Part shown: positions 1 to 16,907 of the stretch, one piece after another
Position numbering within the stretch: the stretch's first letter is position 1
Layout of the letters: the number at the start of each line of letters is the position of its first letter
Source: Octopus sinensis
Taxonomy: Eukaryota
NCBI RefSeq assembly: GCF_006345805.1
Contig: NC_042997.1
Coordinates: 14,012,001 to 14,076,000, forward strand
DNA length: 64,000 bases
Direction: 5' to 3'
Program-made: the position numbers and the translations under genes
The notes under the pieces: generated by a model
Database searches by the model: none
Told to the model about the DNA's origin: nothing
What the model saw: the letters and a program-made list of their open reading frames with translations, nothing else

Positions 1-90
1 TCAATTTCTCAATTTTAGTAGATGGAGAGAATTGTTATTAATGAATTAATTTAAGAATCTGTTAGACATAATATTTACTACTCCGGCGGA

Positions 91-131
<41 letters not shown>

Positions 132-768
132 TATATATATGCATCAGCACAGGCATCCATACACACATACACTTACTCACGTACGCACACACATACACAC
201 ACTAACGCACGCACACACGCAGATGATAGAGTTGACTATCGACGGTATAAACTTAAGCGGCGAAATATCGTGACACGATTCGCATGATTAGCAGTATAGA
301 TCTACAGGAATACAAAATGTCCGACATGTTGATTTTCGTTGAATATCAATAATTTCTCAGCAATTTAGCCAAGACCAATGTTTTATTTCTAAGTGATGCT
401 TCTTCCAAAAATATGAATCGTAAGTAAAGTGGGTGCTGATATTAAAGAGAGTAGAGTAAATGTTTATTCAAGAAGATTGAGTGGATCTGATTTAGTAAGT
501 GCTACTAATCTTATACATATGCTGGCGCATATGTATAAGTATATATGTGTGTGTGTGTATGTGTGAAATAAAGTACCGCAAAGGTAGAATTATAAACAAA
601 TGGGAAGTAGTGGTACAACAAGGTACCAATTTTTGCTAGAAATAGCAGTCGATAATCGTGAAAATCTAGGTAAAGCTTCACTGAATGTATAGAAGCAAAG
701 ATGTGTGCGGGCAGCGAATATTAAAGAAAATTGTCTTACCCCTAGGAAGAACGCCATAGAAATGGACA

Positions 769-842
769 ACCTAGTACTCGAGTTTCGAACTTTTCAGAAT
801 ACGTTTGTTATCGTAAAACTGATTGGTTTTCATCAGCTAGGT
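769..842 (-). ncRNA. Minimal type I hammerhead ribozyme motif
   Basis: Minus strand reads acctag-CTGATGA-aaac...gttc-GAAAC-tcga-GTA-ctaggt. Stem I is a perfect 6 bp (acctag/ctaggt), stem III is the palindrome ACTCGAGT, and the cleavage triplet is GUA. The first pair of stem II is an A/C mismatch. Confidence 0.75.
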
Positions 843-997
843 CCACCGAAGAGACTAAATTTTAAAATTCCGCTACATCAGTGCCTGTTTACTCGGCCGA
901 TTTCTCCAGCCATAAACAGAACCAAGATCAGTAAAAAAGTTATCGACTGCTATTTCCAGAAAAATTGATACCTTGTGCCACTATTTCCTATATATTC

Positions 998-1041
<44 letters not shown>

Positions 1042-1234
1042 GTATGTGTGTGTGTGTTGTGTGTGTGTGGTATGTATGTGTGTGTGGGTATATATATAAC
1101 ATACATATAAGACTTTTTGCGTAATCAGATGAAAAACCAAGGCTGTGTAGATATTAGAAAATTTATAGATAGAAGGCTTTACAGCTGTTTCCAGGATATT
1201 TATATGTATATATATATGTATATATATATGTATG

Positions 1235-1287
<53 letters not shown>

Positions 1288-1682
1288 TATATATGTATGT
1301 ATTTATATATTTAAATATATATATTTATATATATATACGTACGTATATATGTATATATATATATGTACATATATGCATATGTATGTATACATATATGTAT
1401 ATATATATATATATATATATGTATATGCATATATGTATATGTATATATATATGCAAATATATATGTATACATATATGTATTCATATGTATATATATATGT
1501 ATACATATATGCATATATATATATGTATATATGTATACACATATGCATATATATATATGTATATATATGTGTGTGAGTATGTGTGTGTGCATGTGTGTTT
1601 GCGTGTTTGTGCTTAGATAAAGGTGTATCAATACGTGTGTATGATGTGTTTGTATGTATAGATATATGTATATATATATATA

Positions 1683-1910
1683 TATTTCTTTACTACCCAC
1701 AAAGGGCTAAACACAGAGGGGACAAACAAGGACAGACAAACGGATTAAGTCGATTACATCGACCCCAGTGCGTAACTGGTACTTAATTTATCGGCCTCGA
1801 ATGGATGAAAGGCAAAGTCGACCTCGGCGGAATTTGAACTCAGAACGTAACGGCAGACGAATTACGGCTACGCATTTCGCCTGGCGTGCTAACGTTTCTG
1901 CCAGCTCGCC
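1683..1910 (-). mobile_element. tRNA-derived SINE family A (Meta-domain type), monomer
   Basis: Head ggcgagctggcagaaacgttagcacgcc, B-box gagttcaaattcc, and a core matching ccgaggtcgactttgcctttcatcc..., which resembles the MetaSINE/Sauria-type conserved domain. About ten related loci occur in the window. Confidence 0.85.
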
Positions 1911-1966
1911 TCGTATATATATATATATATATTATATATATATATATAATATATATATATAATATA

Positions 1967-1999
<33 letters not shown>

Positions 2000-2001
2000 G
2001 T

Positions 2002-2039
<38 letters not shown>

Positions 2040-2766
2040 GCATGTATGTTTGTGTGTGTGTGTCTCTCTCTATATATATATATATATTTATGTAGTATAT
2101 CCGTGAACATGTGTGTGTGTGCGTATATAATTGTGTGTGTGCACGTTTGTGTGTGCTTATATTGCTTCATATGTGTAAGGTCGTACGTCTATATGGCATT
2201 TATATTTTATCTTCTTGGAAGTCTTATACGCTCGTATTTGAGCGCCTGTCCTCGTATGTGTGCTTGTGCGTGTGTGTGTGAATCGGTGGGTATAAGTTTG
2301 TGAGCGTGTATGTATGTGTATGTATGTATGTGTATGTTTGTTTCGTGTGTATGCTTTTGGCTTATAGACCTTTACCAAGTAAAAGTAATTGAATGTCTAA
2401 GTTACATCTATTCCGTCGGTCTCACTTTTTTCACCTCTTTCGTCTTTATCTTTAATGCATTGTCGCCCTCACACCACCTTTCTATTTATCTCTTTCTATC
2501 TATCTATCTTCCCCTTACACTCATTCATCTCTTTTACACTCTCTCTATATATATATGGAAGTGTGTGTATGTGCCTGTGTGTGTACGCACACCCGGGAAA
2601 TATTATTGGTACGTATGCATATATATATGTGTGTGTATTCGTATACATATATATATATATTATATATATATATATATATAATATACATATGTATATATAT
2701 ATGTATATATATATATATATATACATATGTATATTATATATATATTATATTATATATATATATATA

Positions 2767-2802
<36 letters not shown>

Positions 2803-2904
2803 TATGTATATATATATACATATATATATACATATATCTATATAATTATTATATATATAATAATATTTATATATATATATACTATCATCTATATATATAT
2901 ACAT

Positions 2905-2950
<46 letters not shown>

Positions 2951-3517
2951 GCATACATATATATATATTCGTGTGTCTGTGTGTGCATATGAGTGGAAGT
3001 GTAGGTTTCTCTGTATGTAATTGGTATGTGCATATGAAAGCCAAGGATAGTCAATGAGATAGCAAGAGTGTGTGAGAGAGAGAGAGAGAAAGTATGTGTG
3101 TGTTTGTGTGTGTGAGTGTGTGTGTGTGTGTGCGTGCGTGCGTGTGTGTGCTCGTGTGTGTGTTGTATCAGTGCCATAAGTGCCGAAGGCTATGCTGGCT
3201 GCTGTTTTCGCTGAAGGAGACATCGAGACATCACACTGCGAACAAAATTCATTTCCCAGATCAATCCTTTTCATGTTAGAAAATCTCTTATTACATTGTT
3301 GTTGTTAGTGTTGCTGCTGCAGTTCTTGCTGTTGTTGTTGTTATTGTTATCGTTGTTGTTGTTGATTTTCATTCGTAGATGGGGACGTGGTGGCTGTGGG
3401 TGAGAATGACGATAATAGTGTATATGTGTGTGTGTGCGTATGTGTATGTGTGTGCGTTCGGATATATATATATATATATATATATATAGTATATATATAT
3501 ACATACATATATAATAT

Positions 3518-3562
<45 letters not shown>

Positions 3563-4167
3563 TATATATATAATGTTATACATATACATATACATATATA
3601 TATATATATATAATATATATATATATATGCATATGCATATGTATATATACACATACATACATATACACGTACACTCAACCCAATTTCTCTCTTTCTCACT
3701 CACTCTCTCTCTATCCGTTTCTCTCCCCCCTCCATCCCTCTCTTCTCCCTCTCTCTTTTCTTTCGTATATATACATATATATATATATATTATATATATA
3801 TATATATATATACATATATACACATATATACACATATATTAATATATATATATATATAATATATATATATATATAACATCATGATTCGCTTTGTTACCAT
3901 CTCGTTTATTTGTTTTGCTTTGTAATGTTCAGTTTACTGGTTTATTTGTTTGTTTTTATTTTATTCTTCTTGCTTGTTTGTTTGTTTTTTTTTTTTGTGT
4001 TGTTTTTGTTGTTTCATCTTTACTCCTTTTCTCTCTCACACTATTAACTTGTTTGTGTCGAGCTCAACATCTAAATCAATTGAGAGAAAACAGCGTGAGA
4101 TAGAGCGAGACACACTCTCGTACAAACATATACACACACATAGATAGACACACGTGCACACACACGC

Positions 4168-4200
<33 letters not shown>

Positions 4201-4965
4201 TGCACGTAAACATACAGAGATGCTTACAGACATATATACACATCCGTACATTCACACATACATTGAAACAATCACGTATACGCAATGCACACACGCACAT
4301 ACTTATTCCAGAAACACGTGTATGTGTGTGGTAGTGTTTGTACGTACGCATACATAAATATCTATTATATATATATATATTATAAATATGCACACATACG
4401 TATACACATACACGCACACACGTTCATACATTCAAACTGATATGTATAAAAACACGCACTTGCACGTCACATACGCATACGTGCTCACATACATACACGC
4501 GTTTATATTTAAGCTAACGTGTCCATTCACATTAGCTCAAACAAAAGGGAAGAATGATAACAACAACAACAACAATAAATTCATACATAGGCACAAGCTG
4601 GTAATTTCACGGAAGGAGTTAATCGATTAGATTAACCCTAGTATTTGTCTGGTTCTTTATTATATTAATCCCGGAAGGATTAAAGGCAAGGTTAACCTCT
4701 GTGGGATTTGAACACAGGATAGAAAGGGTCATAACTAAATACCTCGAGAAAATTTTATTGGCCGCCCTAACCAATCTGCCAATTCACCAAAACGAATTAC
4801 AATAACAACAAATTGGAGAAATAAAACTCGGAGTAAGTGCTATAAATTAACTGTCTTTTGTTTTTTGTCTGAGGAGGGAAGTAATACATGCAGAGAATTG
4901 TACAACCATGTGGGTTTTGGGTTCAGGCACACTGCTCAGAACTTTGGGTTTGCGTCTTCTATTAT

Positions 4966-5378
4966 ATATTTCTTTATTGCCCACAAGGGGCTAAACATAG
5001 ATGGAACAAACAAAGACAGACAAAGGGATTAAGTCGATTACATCGACCCTCAGTGCGAAACTGGTACTTTATTTATCGATCCCGAAAGGATCAAAGGCAA
5101 AGTCGACCTCGGCGGAATTTGAACTCAGAACGTAACGGCAGACGAAATACGTATTTCTTTACTACCCACAAGGGGCTAAACACAAAGGAGACAAACAAGG
5201 ACAGACAAAGGGATTAAGTCGATTACATCGACCACAGTGCGAAACTGGTACTTTATTTATCGATCCCGAAAGGATCAAAGGCAAAGTCGACCTCGGCGGA
5301 ATTTGAACTCAGAACGTTACGGTAGACGAAATACGGTTATGCATTTCGCCTGGCGTGCTAACGTTTCTGCCAGCTCAC
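4966..5378 (-). mobile_element. SINE family A with duplicated ~185-bp body
   Basis: One head (5340-5378) followed by two tandem copies of the B-box-core-tail segment. Confidence 0.85.
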
Positions 5379-5468
5379 TACCTTTTGCGTCTTCTACTAT
5401 AGCCCTGAGTCAACCAATGCTTTGCGAATAAATTTGGTAGACGCAAACTATATGGTAGCGCATTGTAT

Positions 5469-6215
5469 ATACAGGTTTTTTGGGTTAAATTTGACGATAT
5501 TTAATGCCTCCTATTTTCAGAAAGTACATTATTTATTGGTGAATATTCAACTGCACTGGAGGGCATAAAGATTTACGTTGTAGTTGAGGAAAGGTTAGCG
5601 AACATGTAGGACTGGAAGCCATATGAATATTGAAAATGAGTTACTTGTACCATGATGAGTTGCGCCGGGTATCTAAATACCAATATTATGACTGCTGCTC
5701 AATTCTCTGTGAACACAGTAAAGGCTTTAAGACTACAAAACCGTGACCAGAAAGAAGGGACACAGGAGGCATTTTGAGTGCATCCGTACGCCGATATTCA
5801 TCCAACAGCCGCAGGAACAGGAGCATTGGTTCAACTGAGACGACTATGCGAAGCTACTGGAGACTGTGGCCAAACCCTGGCTGCAGAAATTTGCTGCTGA
5901 AAGACTATATGTGCAACAGCAGGGTTCGGCCCCTAAGCATACCTCCCAAAAGAGTCAGAAGTTGTCGGAGAATTTCTACGACTTCACTTACCCCACTTTC
6001 TGGCCTCCAAATTCCCCGGATTGTAATTCCACTGAGATTGAGAAAGTCACTAACTGCTCTTCCTGCAGCCAACCAAGGCCAAGCTATTGCTAAAGATCAA
6101 GGAGGTTTTCGAAAATCTTCCAAAGGACAAAGTGAGGAACGCACATACCAGATTCAGGAGCCCTCTTGAGACTGTGCTGGGAGCTGAGGGCGGCTACTCT
6201 GAGTAAACTGTATAC
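5469..6215 (+). mobile_element. Decayed Tc1/mariner transposon (DD37D/maT-like)
   Basis: Frameshifted transposase KPWLQK...QQQGSAPKHTSQKSQK...FWPPNSPDCN...KIKEVFENLPKDKVRNAHTRFRSPLETVLGAEGGY. TIR-like start TA-CAGGTTTTTTGGGTTAAATTTG. Confidence 0.8.
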
Positions 6216-6518
6216 AGTATATGTATGCATGTATGTATATATGTATGTATGTATGAATGAATGTATGTATGTGTTTTTGTATGTATGTATGTATGTATGT
6301 ATGTATGTATATATGTATGTATGTCTATGCATGCTGGTATATTGTAGACGTTATAAAAAATTTTATAAACTTCTTAGAGAGCGTGAAATAATTCTGTGTT
6401 GTAATATCTCGAAGCACACACATAGTGAGTGTAAATCTGACTTCGAGTCCCACGAGTAGCCTTCGACTTTTTCCACCCAATATTTACGTACTACTAGCTA
6501 TATTCTCAAAATTGTTTA

Positions 6519-6990
6519 TAGATAAATAGATAGATAAATTTCTTTATTGGCCACACAGGGCTGCACACAGATGGGACAAGTTACAAGGTAGAGCTTTTCT
6601 TTTGGGGGATGAAAAAAACAAAAAACAAAAAACAAAAGAAACAAAAAAAAGTGGGGTAGGTTTTCGATCAAAAGGGATCGTAAAAGGGAAAAAAAGGAAC
6701 AAAAAATAAAAAAAAGGAAAAGGAACAAAAGAAAAGAGAAATGAAAAAAGAAAAAAAAAAGGGGGGAAAAATAGGGGAAGAGGGAAAAAAACGATCAATA
6801 GGGATCGTGTATCACAGTGTTATGATGTATGGTGTAAAGGGGAAAGCAAGTAAGGTTTATCCGTGGGAAGAAAAGCCTACGAAAAAGACCACGGTAACCT
6901 TGGTCAATATTGTTATATGTTACCACATTTGTTTGCAAGTGGGTAACCCTCTGTTTTCAATTTCTGGGTTCATAGGATTATTCTCAAGGT
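6519..6990 (-). mobile_element. 3' end of a retroelement ending ...gtgcagccctgtgtggccaataaagaaa plus (TATC)n
   Basis: The same terminus recurs at 44495-44600 and 60979-61020, each followed on the minus strand by a TATC microsatellite. The 5' extents differ between copies. Confidence 0.6.
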
Positions 6991-7014
6991 GGCTTCGTCA
7001 TCCATACGTGCTAT

Positions 7015-11231
<4,217 letters not shown>

Positions 11232-11585
11232 TACATGAATGCAACTAGACACACATGAATGTCACCTGATATACATATCTCAATTCGTCTGACGGAAGAA
11301 TTTCTTCACTGAGAGTAAATATATTCGACCATTCGCTTTTTCAGCTGCAGCAGAAATAAAGACGTAGCTATGAAGTTTTAGTGGAAATAGCAGTCGTCTA
11401 CGTGGGGTTGAATATATAGCAACCAGAATGTACACAGGGAATAAAATGATCGCCATTCCTATTACAACTCCAATGAAATTGGCTTCCTGCTAACACAAGA
11501 ATTATAATTTCAGCAGATAGCGTAATGCTATGCGCTATGTGGATATAAATGTATTGAAATATTTTCCATACAGACAAAGCTCTCT

Positions 11586-11700
<115 letters not shown>

Positions 11701-11724
11701 ATACATACATACATACATACATGT

Positions 11725-11755
<31 letters not shown>

Positions 11756-11756
11756 C

Positions 11757-11798
11757 ATAAGCGGGATCAGCCATCTGAATGTGGCTCATCCCGCTTAT
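11757..11798. repeat. 42-bp near-perfect hairpin
   Basis: ataagcgggatcagcca-tctgaatg-tggctcatcccgcttat. Confidence 0.8.
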
Positions 11799-11845
11799 AT
11801 TATAGAGCAGTTACTGTTTATACCTCGCTCAGAGATTTATTATTG

Positions 11846-11878
<33 letters not shown>

Positions 11879-12025
11879 TACACGGTGTTCAAAATGTCTT
11901 TTCGCAGTATTTCATTGCAAAATAAATATAAGATGGTATAAGACAACAAAACAATATACTAGAGAAGTTGCGCATGCGCAGGATAAAAATAATTCACTGC
12001 GGAGAGACTTTTTGAACACCCTATA
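11879..12025. mobile_element. Tc1/mariner-type MITE (~145 bp)
   Basis: TIRs TACACGGTGTTCAAAATGTCTTTTCGCAGT / ACTGCGGAGAGACTTTTTGAACACCCTATA in a TA context. Confidence 0.8.
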
Positions 12026-12027
12026 TA

Positions 12028-12079
<52 letters not shown>

Positions 12080-12613
12080 TATCGGTCTCCCTCTAACTAT
12101 ATATCTCTATCTATTTCTCTTGCTCCCTCTCTCTCTCTTTTTCTCTCTCTCTCTCTCTCCCTCTTTCTGTCTGCCTTCACACGCACACACACACACCACT
12201 CATTCTCACATTATCTGCTGAATTTGTAGGTTTTATTTTTGCTTTGTGTGTGTGCGTTAGCAAAACGCCAGTTTTATTGGTGTTGTTATTTTTTAGATAA
12301 ACTTGGCTGATAGACATACGGTTGACAAATATAGTTGTAAACATGACACAAATATTGATTAATTTCTCTGTAAAAATAGATATAGTTTAAGTAAAGAACT
12401 GACAACGAGTTCAGTAACATTATAATTGCTATATCTATCCTGTTACGATTTTCATCGACCGTGATGTAACCGAAATTTGTTTTGTTGATTTGTCTTTAGC
12501 TGTATTCGTCTACATTATGCTTCAACTGAGCCGGCGGGAAAGCCTCAACTCAGCAGTTTATCCTGCTGGAAATACAAGCTAAATCTCCCCTAAATTACAC
12601 CCTACTGTTTTAT

Positions 12614-12997
12614 GGAAGCACTCCGTCGGTTACGACGACGAGGGTTCCGGTTGATCCGAATCAACGGAACAGCCTGCTCGTGAAATTAACGTGTAAGTGG
12701 CTGAGCACTCCACAGACACGTGTACCCTTAACGTAGTTCTCGGGGATATTCAGCGTGACACAGAGAGTGACAAGGCCGGCCCTTTGAAATACAGGTACAA
12801 CAGAAACAGGAAGTAAGAGTGAGAGAAAGTTGTGGTGAAAGAGTACAGCAGGGATCACCACCATCCCCTGCCGGAGCCTCGTGGAGCTTTAGGTGTTTTC
12901 GCTCAATAAACACTCACAACGCCCGGTCTGGGAATCGAAACCGCGATCCTATGAACGCGAGTCCACTGCCCTAACCACTGGGCTATTGCGCCTCCAC
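12614..12997 (-). mobile_element. tRNA-derived SINE family C, full length with target-site duplication
   Basis: Head gtggaggcgcaatagcccagtggttagggc...gtttcgattcccagacc carries A and B boxes. Flanked by the 10-bp TSD actgttttat (12604-12613, 12999-13008). Confidence 0.85.
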
Positions 12998-13232
12998 GAC
13001 TGTTTTATAAAAGGTAGGACACGTCAGAAAATGTAGCTCCAGATACGCGGGTGTGCTGAAAATTTGATTCTTTTACATGGTGTAGAAAAGCTGATGGGCC
13101 GCTGTAATAAGTGTCTGAATCGGAGAAGGAAATATGTTGGATAAAATCATAATCAACTAATCTCCTGTATTTTCTTTTATTCAAAGCCAGGAACGTTTCA
13201 GCACTCCTTTGTATACATTTTGAAATATAAAG

Positions 13233-13523
13233 ATGGATGTAGACCCCCATAAGGTGAGTGATATACTCAATAATTACGTGAAAAATATTCACCACCCGTT
13301 GTGGAAACAGAGGTTTTCTGTAGTACATACCCTTAAATGAAGTTGTTAAAAAGCTTATTTATGCAGGAGTAGAAAAAATTACGTAATAGTTACCTGCCAT
13401 GGTTGCGTAGATTACTGCAGCCAACAGAGGTCGCCTCACACAACTAAACTCACAACTTAAGTGAAAGCAATCCAAAGGACTTACACAAAACTGGTTTATT
13501 CCATGCTCAAGATAGATTTCAAG
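13233..13523 (+). pseudogene. Possible two-exon coding remnant (MDVDPHK | E*KKLRNSYLPWLRRLLQPTEVASHN*...)
   Basis: ATG at 13233, donor AAG|GTGAGT at 13253/4, acceptor TGCAG| at 13366, second donor AAG|GTAAGA at 13523/4. Contains two in-frame stops. Confidence 0.25.
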
Positions 13524-14065
13524 GTAAGACTAGAAGCTTTGAGGGGATATTTTCATGAAGGAAGAAATGTGCAATACGCAATCGTCTTTATTTGGGCTCT
13601 AAACTCTGACATTTAAAACTATACAAATCCTCGAATAGGACATCCTTCCATAATTTCATAAATATTGATTAATTTCGCCATGCCAAGTTTGTAGAGCAGT
13701 AAAGTTCCTCAATCCATTAAATTTGTTTCTAGATATTCATGATTTCATCTTGTCTTGTGTTGCGAACCAATGTGACTGATGTAAACGTCACCTACAGAAT
13801 CTGGAATTTCACTGTTAGATTTGTACCTCACAATCAGGTGTTTATTTTATGAGCGTATATCGTCCCATTTAATTTGCATTTGTATTGTATTAGTGTTACT
13901 TTTGTCATTGTGTATTTTCTCCAGAAATCTATGGAGTATAAATGTATTGTGTGCTAATGATTTTCTATCTAGTTTTGTTTTAAGTCATGTGGTATAATGC
14001 ATTGCAATTGCTCCTCGTCCTAAGTGCATCGTATTTCTATGAGCAATGTAATAGTAAGAGTTGAA

Positions 14066-14278
14066 GCGGCGAGCTGGTAGAATCGTAAGCACAGCGGGAA
14101 AAATGCTTAGCGGAATTTCGTCCACCTTTACGTTCTGAGTTCAAATTCCGCCGAGGTCAACTCTGTCTTTCATCCTTTCGGCATTGATAAAATAAGTACC
14201 AGTTGAACACAGCTGTCGATGTAATCGACTTAACCCTCCCTCAAAATTGCTGGCCTTGTACCAAAATGTGAAACCAAT
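14066..14278 (+). mobile_element. SINE family A variant
   Basis: gcggcgagctggtagaatcg...gagttcaaattccgccgaggtc...catcctttcggc, with an alternative tail aaattgctggccttgtaccaaaa. Confidence 0.8.
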
Positions 14279-14979
14279 ATGATAATAAGAGTCATGAAGT
14301 TTACAACTTTCACGTTTGCTATCGAATTCATAAATCATAGTTTTAGTAGTTTGTGATTTGTTATCAATGAGAATATTTGTAATTTTATGGTTTGGTGTAA
14401 TGCATTTTGTGTTCTGTTTCATGAGGTTTTTAATAATGTGTTCATTTTCAAACTACTAGTATGCATTCATATAATGCATATTTTGTTTGGTTTTTGTATT
14501 TTTAATACGTCTCGTACTGGATGAAGTTGGTACTTCGCATGTAGCCTCGTAATGTTCTACAGCTTCGAACATTAGTTCGTTAGCGTAGCCATTGTTGATT
14601 TACATTTGTCTTATTCTGTAGATTTCTTTACAGAATAATTCGTTTCTTGTTGAAAATTCATGTGCTTCTCAATTGCAATTTTATCAGGAGCATTTTATAT
14701 CTTTGGACATTTGCTGTCACTATAAAAATATTACATTTATATTATCTTTTGTAATGCATCTGCTATTTGCTATTCCATTATTTGTGTACAGAATTTGAAT
14801 CAGTGTAACCGTTGGTATTTTTATGTTTTACTATTCTGGATGTTGAAAGTTGGTTTTAGTGTAGTGACCACTATACATATAAATGGCATTAATTTCGTCA
14901 AATTTTCTAAAAGATAATTCTAGAAGCTACTATACATAATATCTGAGAGTAAATGTATTTAAAATTTTTAAATAAATAT

Positions 14980-15207
14980 ACTCTTTTACTTTTTTACTTG
15001 TTTCAATTATTTGACTGTGGCCATGCTAGAGCACCGCCTTTAGTCGAGCAAATCGACCCCAGAACTTATTCTTTGTAAGCCTAGTACTTATTCTATTTGT
15101 CCCTTTTGCCAAACCGCTAAGTTACGGGGATGTAAACACACCAGCATCGGTTGTCAAGCGATGTTGGAGAGACAAACACAGACACACAAACGTATACACA
15201 CACATAC

Positions 15208-15249
<42 letters not shown>

Positions 15250-15409
15250 CAGGCTTCTTTCAGTTTCCGTCTACCAATCCACTCACAAGGCTTTGGTCGG
15301 CCCGAGGCTATAGTAGAAGACACGTGCTCAAGGTGCCACGCAGTGGGACTGAACCCGGAACCATGTGGCTGGTAAGCAGGCTACTTACCACACAGCCACT
15401 CCTACGCCT
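14980..15409 (-). mobile_element. tRNA-derived SINE family B, full length
   Basis: Head ggcgtaggagtggctgtgtggtaag...ggttcagtccc, internal (TA)n(TG)n, tail ggcggtgctctagcatggccacag...gaaacaagtaaaa. Confidence 0.85.
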
Positions 15410-15917
15410 AATTTTGAAAAACAAAATGAAATACATAAAAAGTGGAGGAATAGCTTTGTATTTTCTTTGATGAGGAACCTTTCTTTTCTCATTGTTATTG
15501 TATCTAGTAATTATTATCAAATTTTGAAAAAAGATAATAACGAAAAACATTAGCAACGTTAGTAATTGCATTACGGAAAGTAACCACAATTAAGAAGTCA
15601 TTTGAAAAGTATATCATACTGCGATAAAATGATGTAAATTAGATTTATTTGAAAACAGCGTAAAGAAAGGCAAAAGAAGTAATAAGCTTTTAGATGATAG
15701 ATACAGTCAGAAATTAAACTAACTATATATATTAAGAAATAAGTACTAGGGTCTACTCATCCGACTAAAAATACTGAAAGCGGTGTTCCCGTATGGCCGC
15801 AGACTAAGAACTAAGTTTAAGGTAAAATGATATATATATAAACTTTATTGCTTCTAAATCACTTAACGCGAGACAAACAGTAACAATACTTCAAAGTAAA
15901 GATTATTTGCCAGCATA

Positions 15918-16334
15918 ATGTGGAAGTCCCGGTTGGGATGGATGTTACTGTTGTTTTAGCCCCAGGAAACATCGTCTCCAACTGGTTGTACGACATACAT
16001 CTGTGTCCCTATATTTTCGAACAGGAGATCCTAGCACCCCCATTCAGTACAAACCAATATCTGTGGACCGCGGTTTCTGGGTTATTTCGCTTCCTCGACA
16101 CAGAATAACTGCTTGGCTGAGATGGCACCGGCAAACTCCCGTTTGAAAATATATAGTTTTCGAAGTGATACATAAACTCTGACCTACTAAATAGAAACTT
16201 TGTTGTTTCTAAATCTCTCAACGAGAGACATACTAACATAACGTGGCATTCCAGATTGGTATGGATGTTACGGTTGTTTTAACCCAGAAAACATCGTCCC
16301 CAGCTGACTATACGACACATATCTGTGTCCTTAT
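15918..16334. repeat. Direct repeat (~90-bp segments ~322 bp apart)
   Basis: ggatgttactgttgttttagccccaggaaacatcgtc...catctgtgtcc at ~15940 and ~16262. Confidence 0.7.
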
Positions 16335-16680
16335 GAGGGTAAGGTGAATAAATTGTCTAAATTACGCAAAAATGAAAATAACAGTGACATCTCATTTTAA
16401 CAGATATATTTACATAAATTACATAAAAATACCTTGAAATAATAAAGAGTAAATTTGTTCAATAAAATCGTCATTGACTTCAACCACAGCCTCCAGACAA
16501 CTTCGGAATCTCCTGAAACTCTTCCGGGCGGTCTCCTTGTATAAGTTGGTGAAAGCTACCATAATCCTTGCTTTCAGTTCATCTTTGGTGTTATAAGGAG
16601 TTTTGTTGGTCTCTCGCTCAGCTGTGCACCACACATAGTAATTAAGGGGGTTGCAGTCTGGGGAGTTAGATGGCGAAAGA
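16332..16680 (-). mobile_element. 3' fragment of DD37D/maT-like Tc1/mariner transposon
   Basis: PSNSPDCNPLNYYVWCTAERETNKTPYNTKDELKARIM...RRFRSCLEAVVEVNDDFIE, plus a TIR-like end. Confidence 0.8.
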
Positions 16681-16758
16681 AGAATATTTCTTAAGATTTC
16701 TGAGTCCGAAACTAAGCCGGAGATAGTCAACAGCAATTTTACGGGAAACAACTTTCAC

Positions 16759-16903
16759 TAGTTCTATATTTAAGAGATGAGGAATTATGTACATTATTTA
16801 CATTCGAGGAATATTTGTCCTCATCTTGTTTGTTGTTAACACGTTTCGGCTGATATACCCTCGAGCCTTCTTCAGGTGTCTTGGGGAAATTTTCCAGGTT
16901 CAA
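16759..16903 (-). mobile_element. Fragment of the hammerhead-core repeat family also at 54362-54815
   Basis: Minus strand gacac-CTGAAGA-aggctcg...cagcc-GAAAC-gtgttaac...gatgaggacaaatat, highly similar to 54369-54470. Confidence 0.75.
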
Positions 16904-16907
16904 AATA

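Noticed and set aside
1117-4630. Many overlapping ORFs rich in YI/CV/HT/LS (here and throughout the window)
   Set aside because: They are translations of (TA)n, (CA)n, (GA)n, (GATA)n and (TACA)n tracts that lack stop codons, not genes.
12920-12997. tRNA gene candidates (also 29236-29307, 29515-29589, 54640-54722)
   Set aside because: The A/B boxes continue directly into SINE bodies and no complete acceptor stem is evident, so these are SINE heads.
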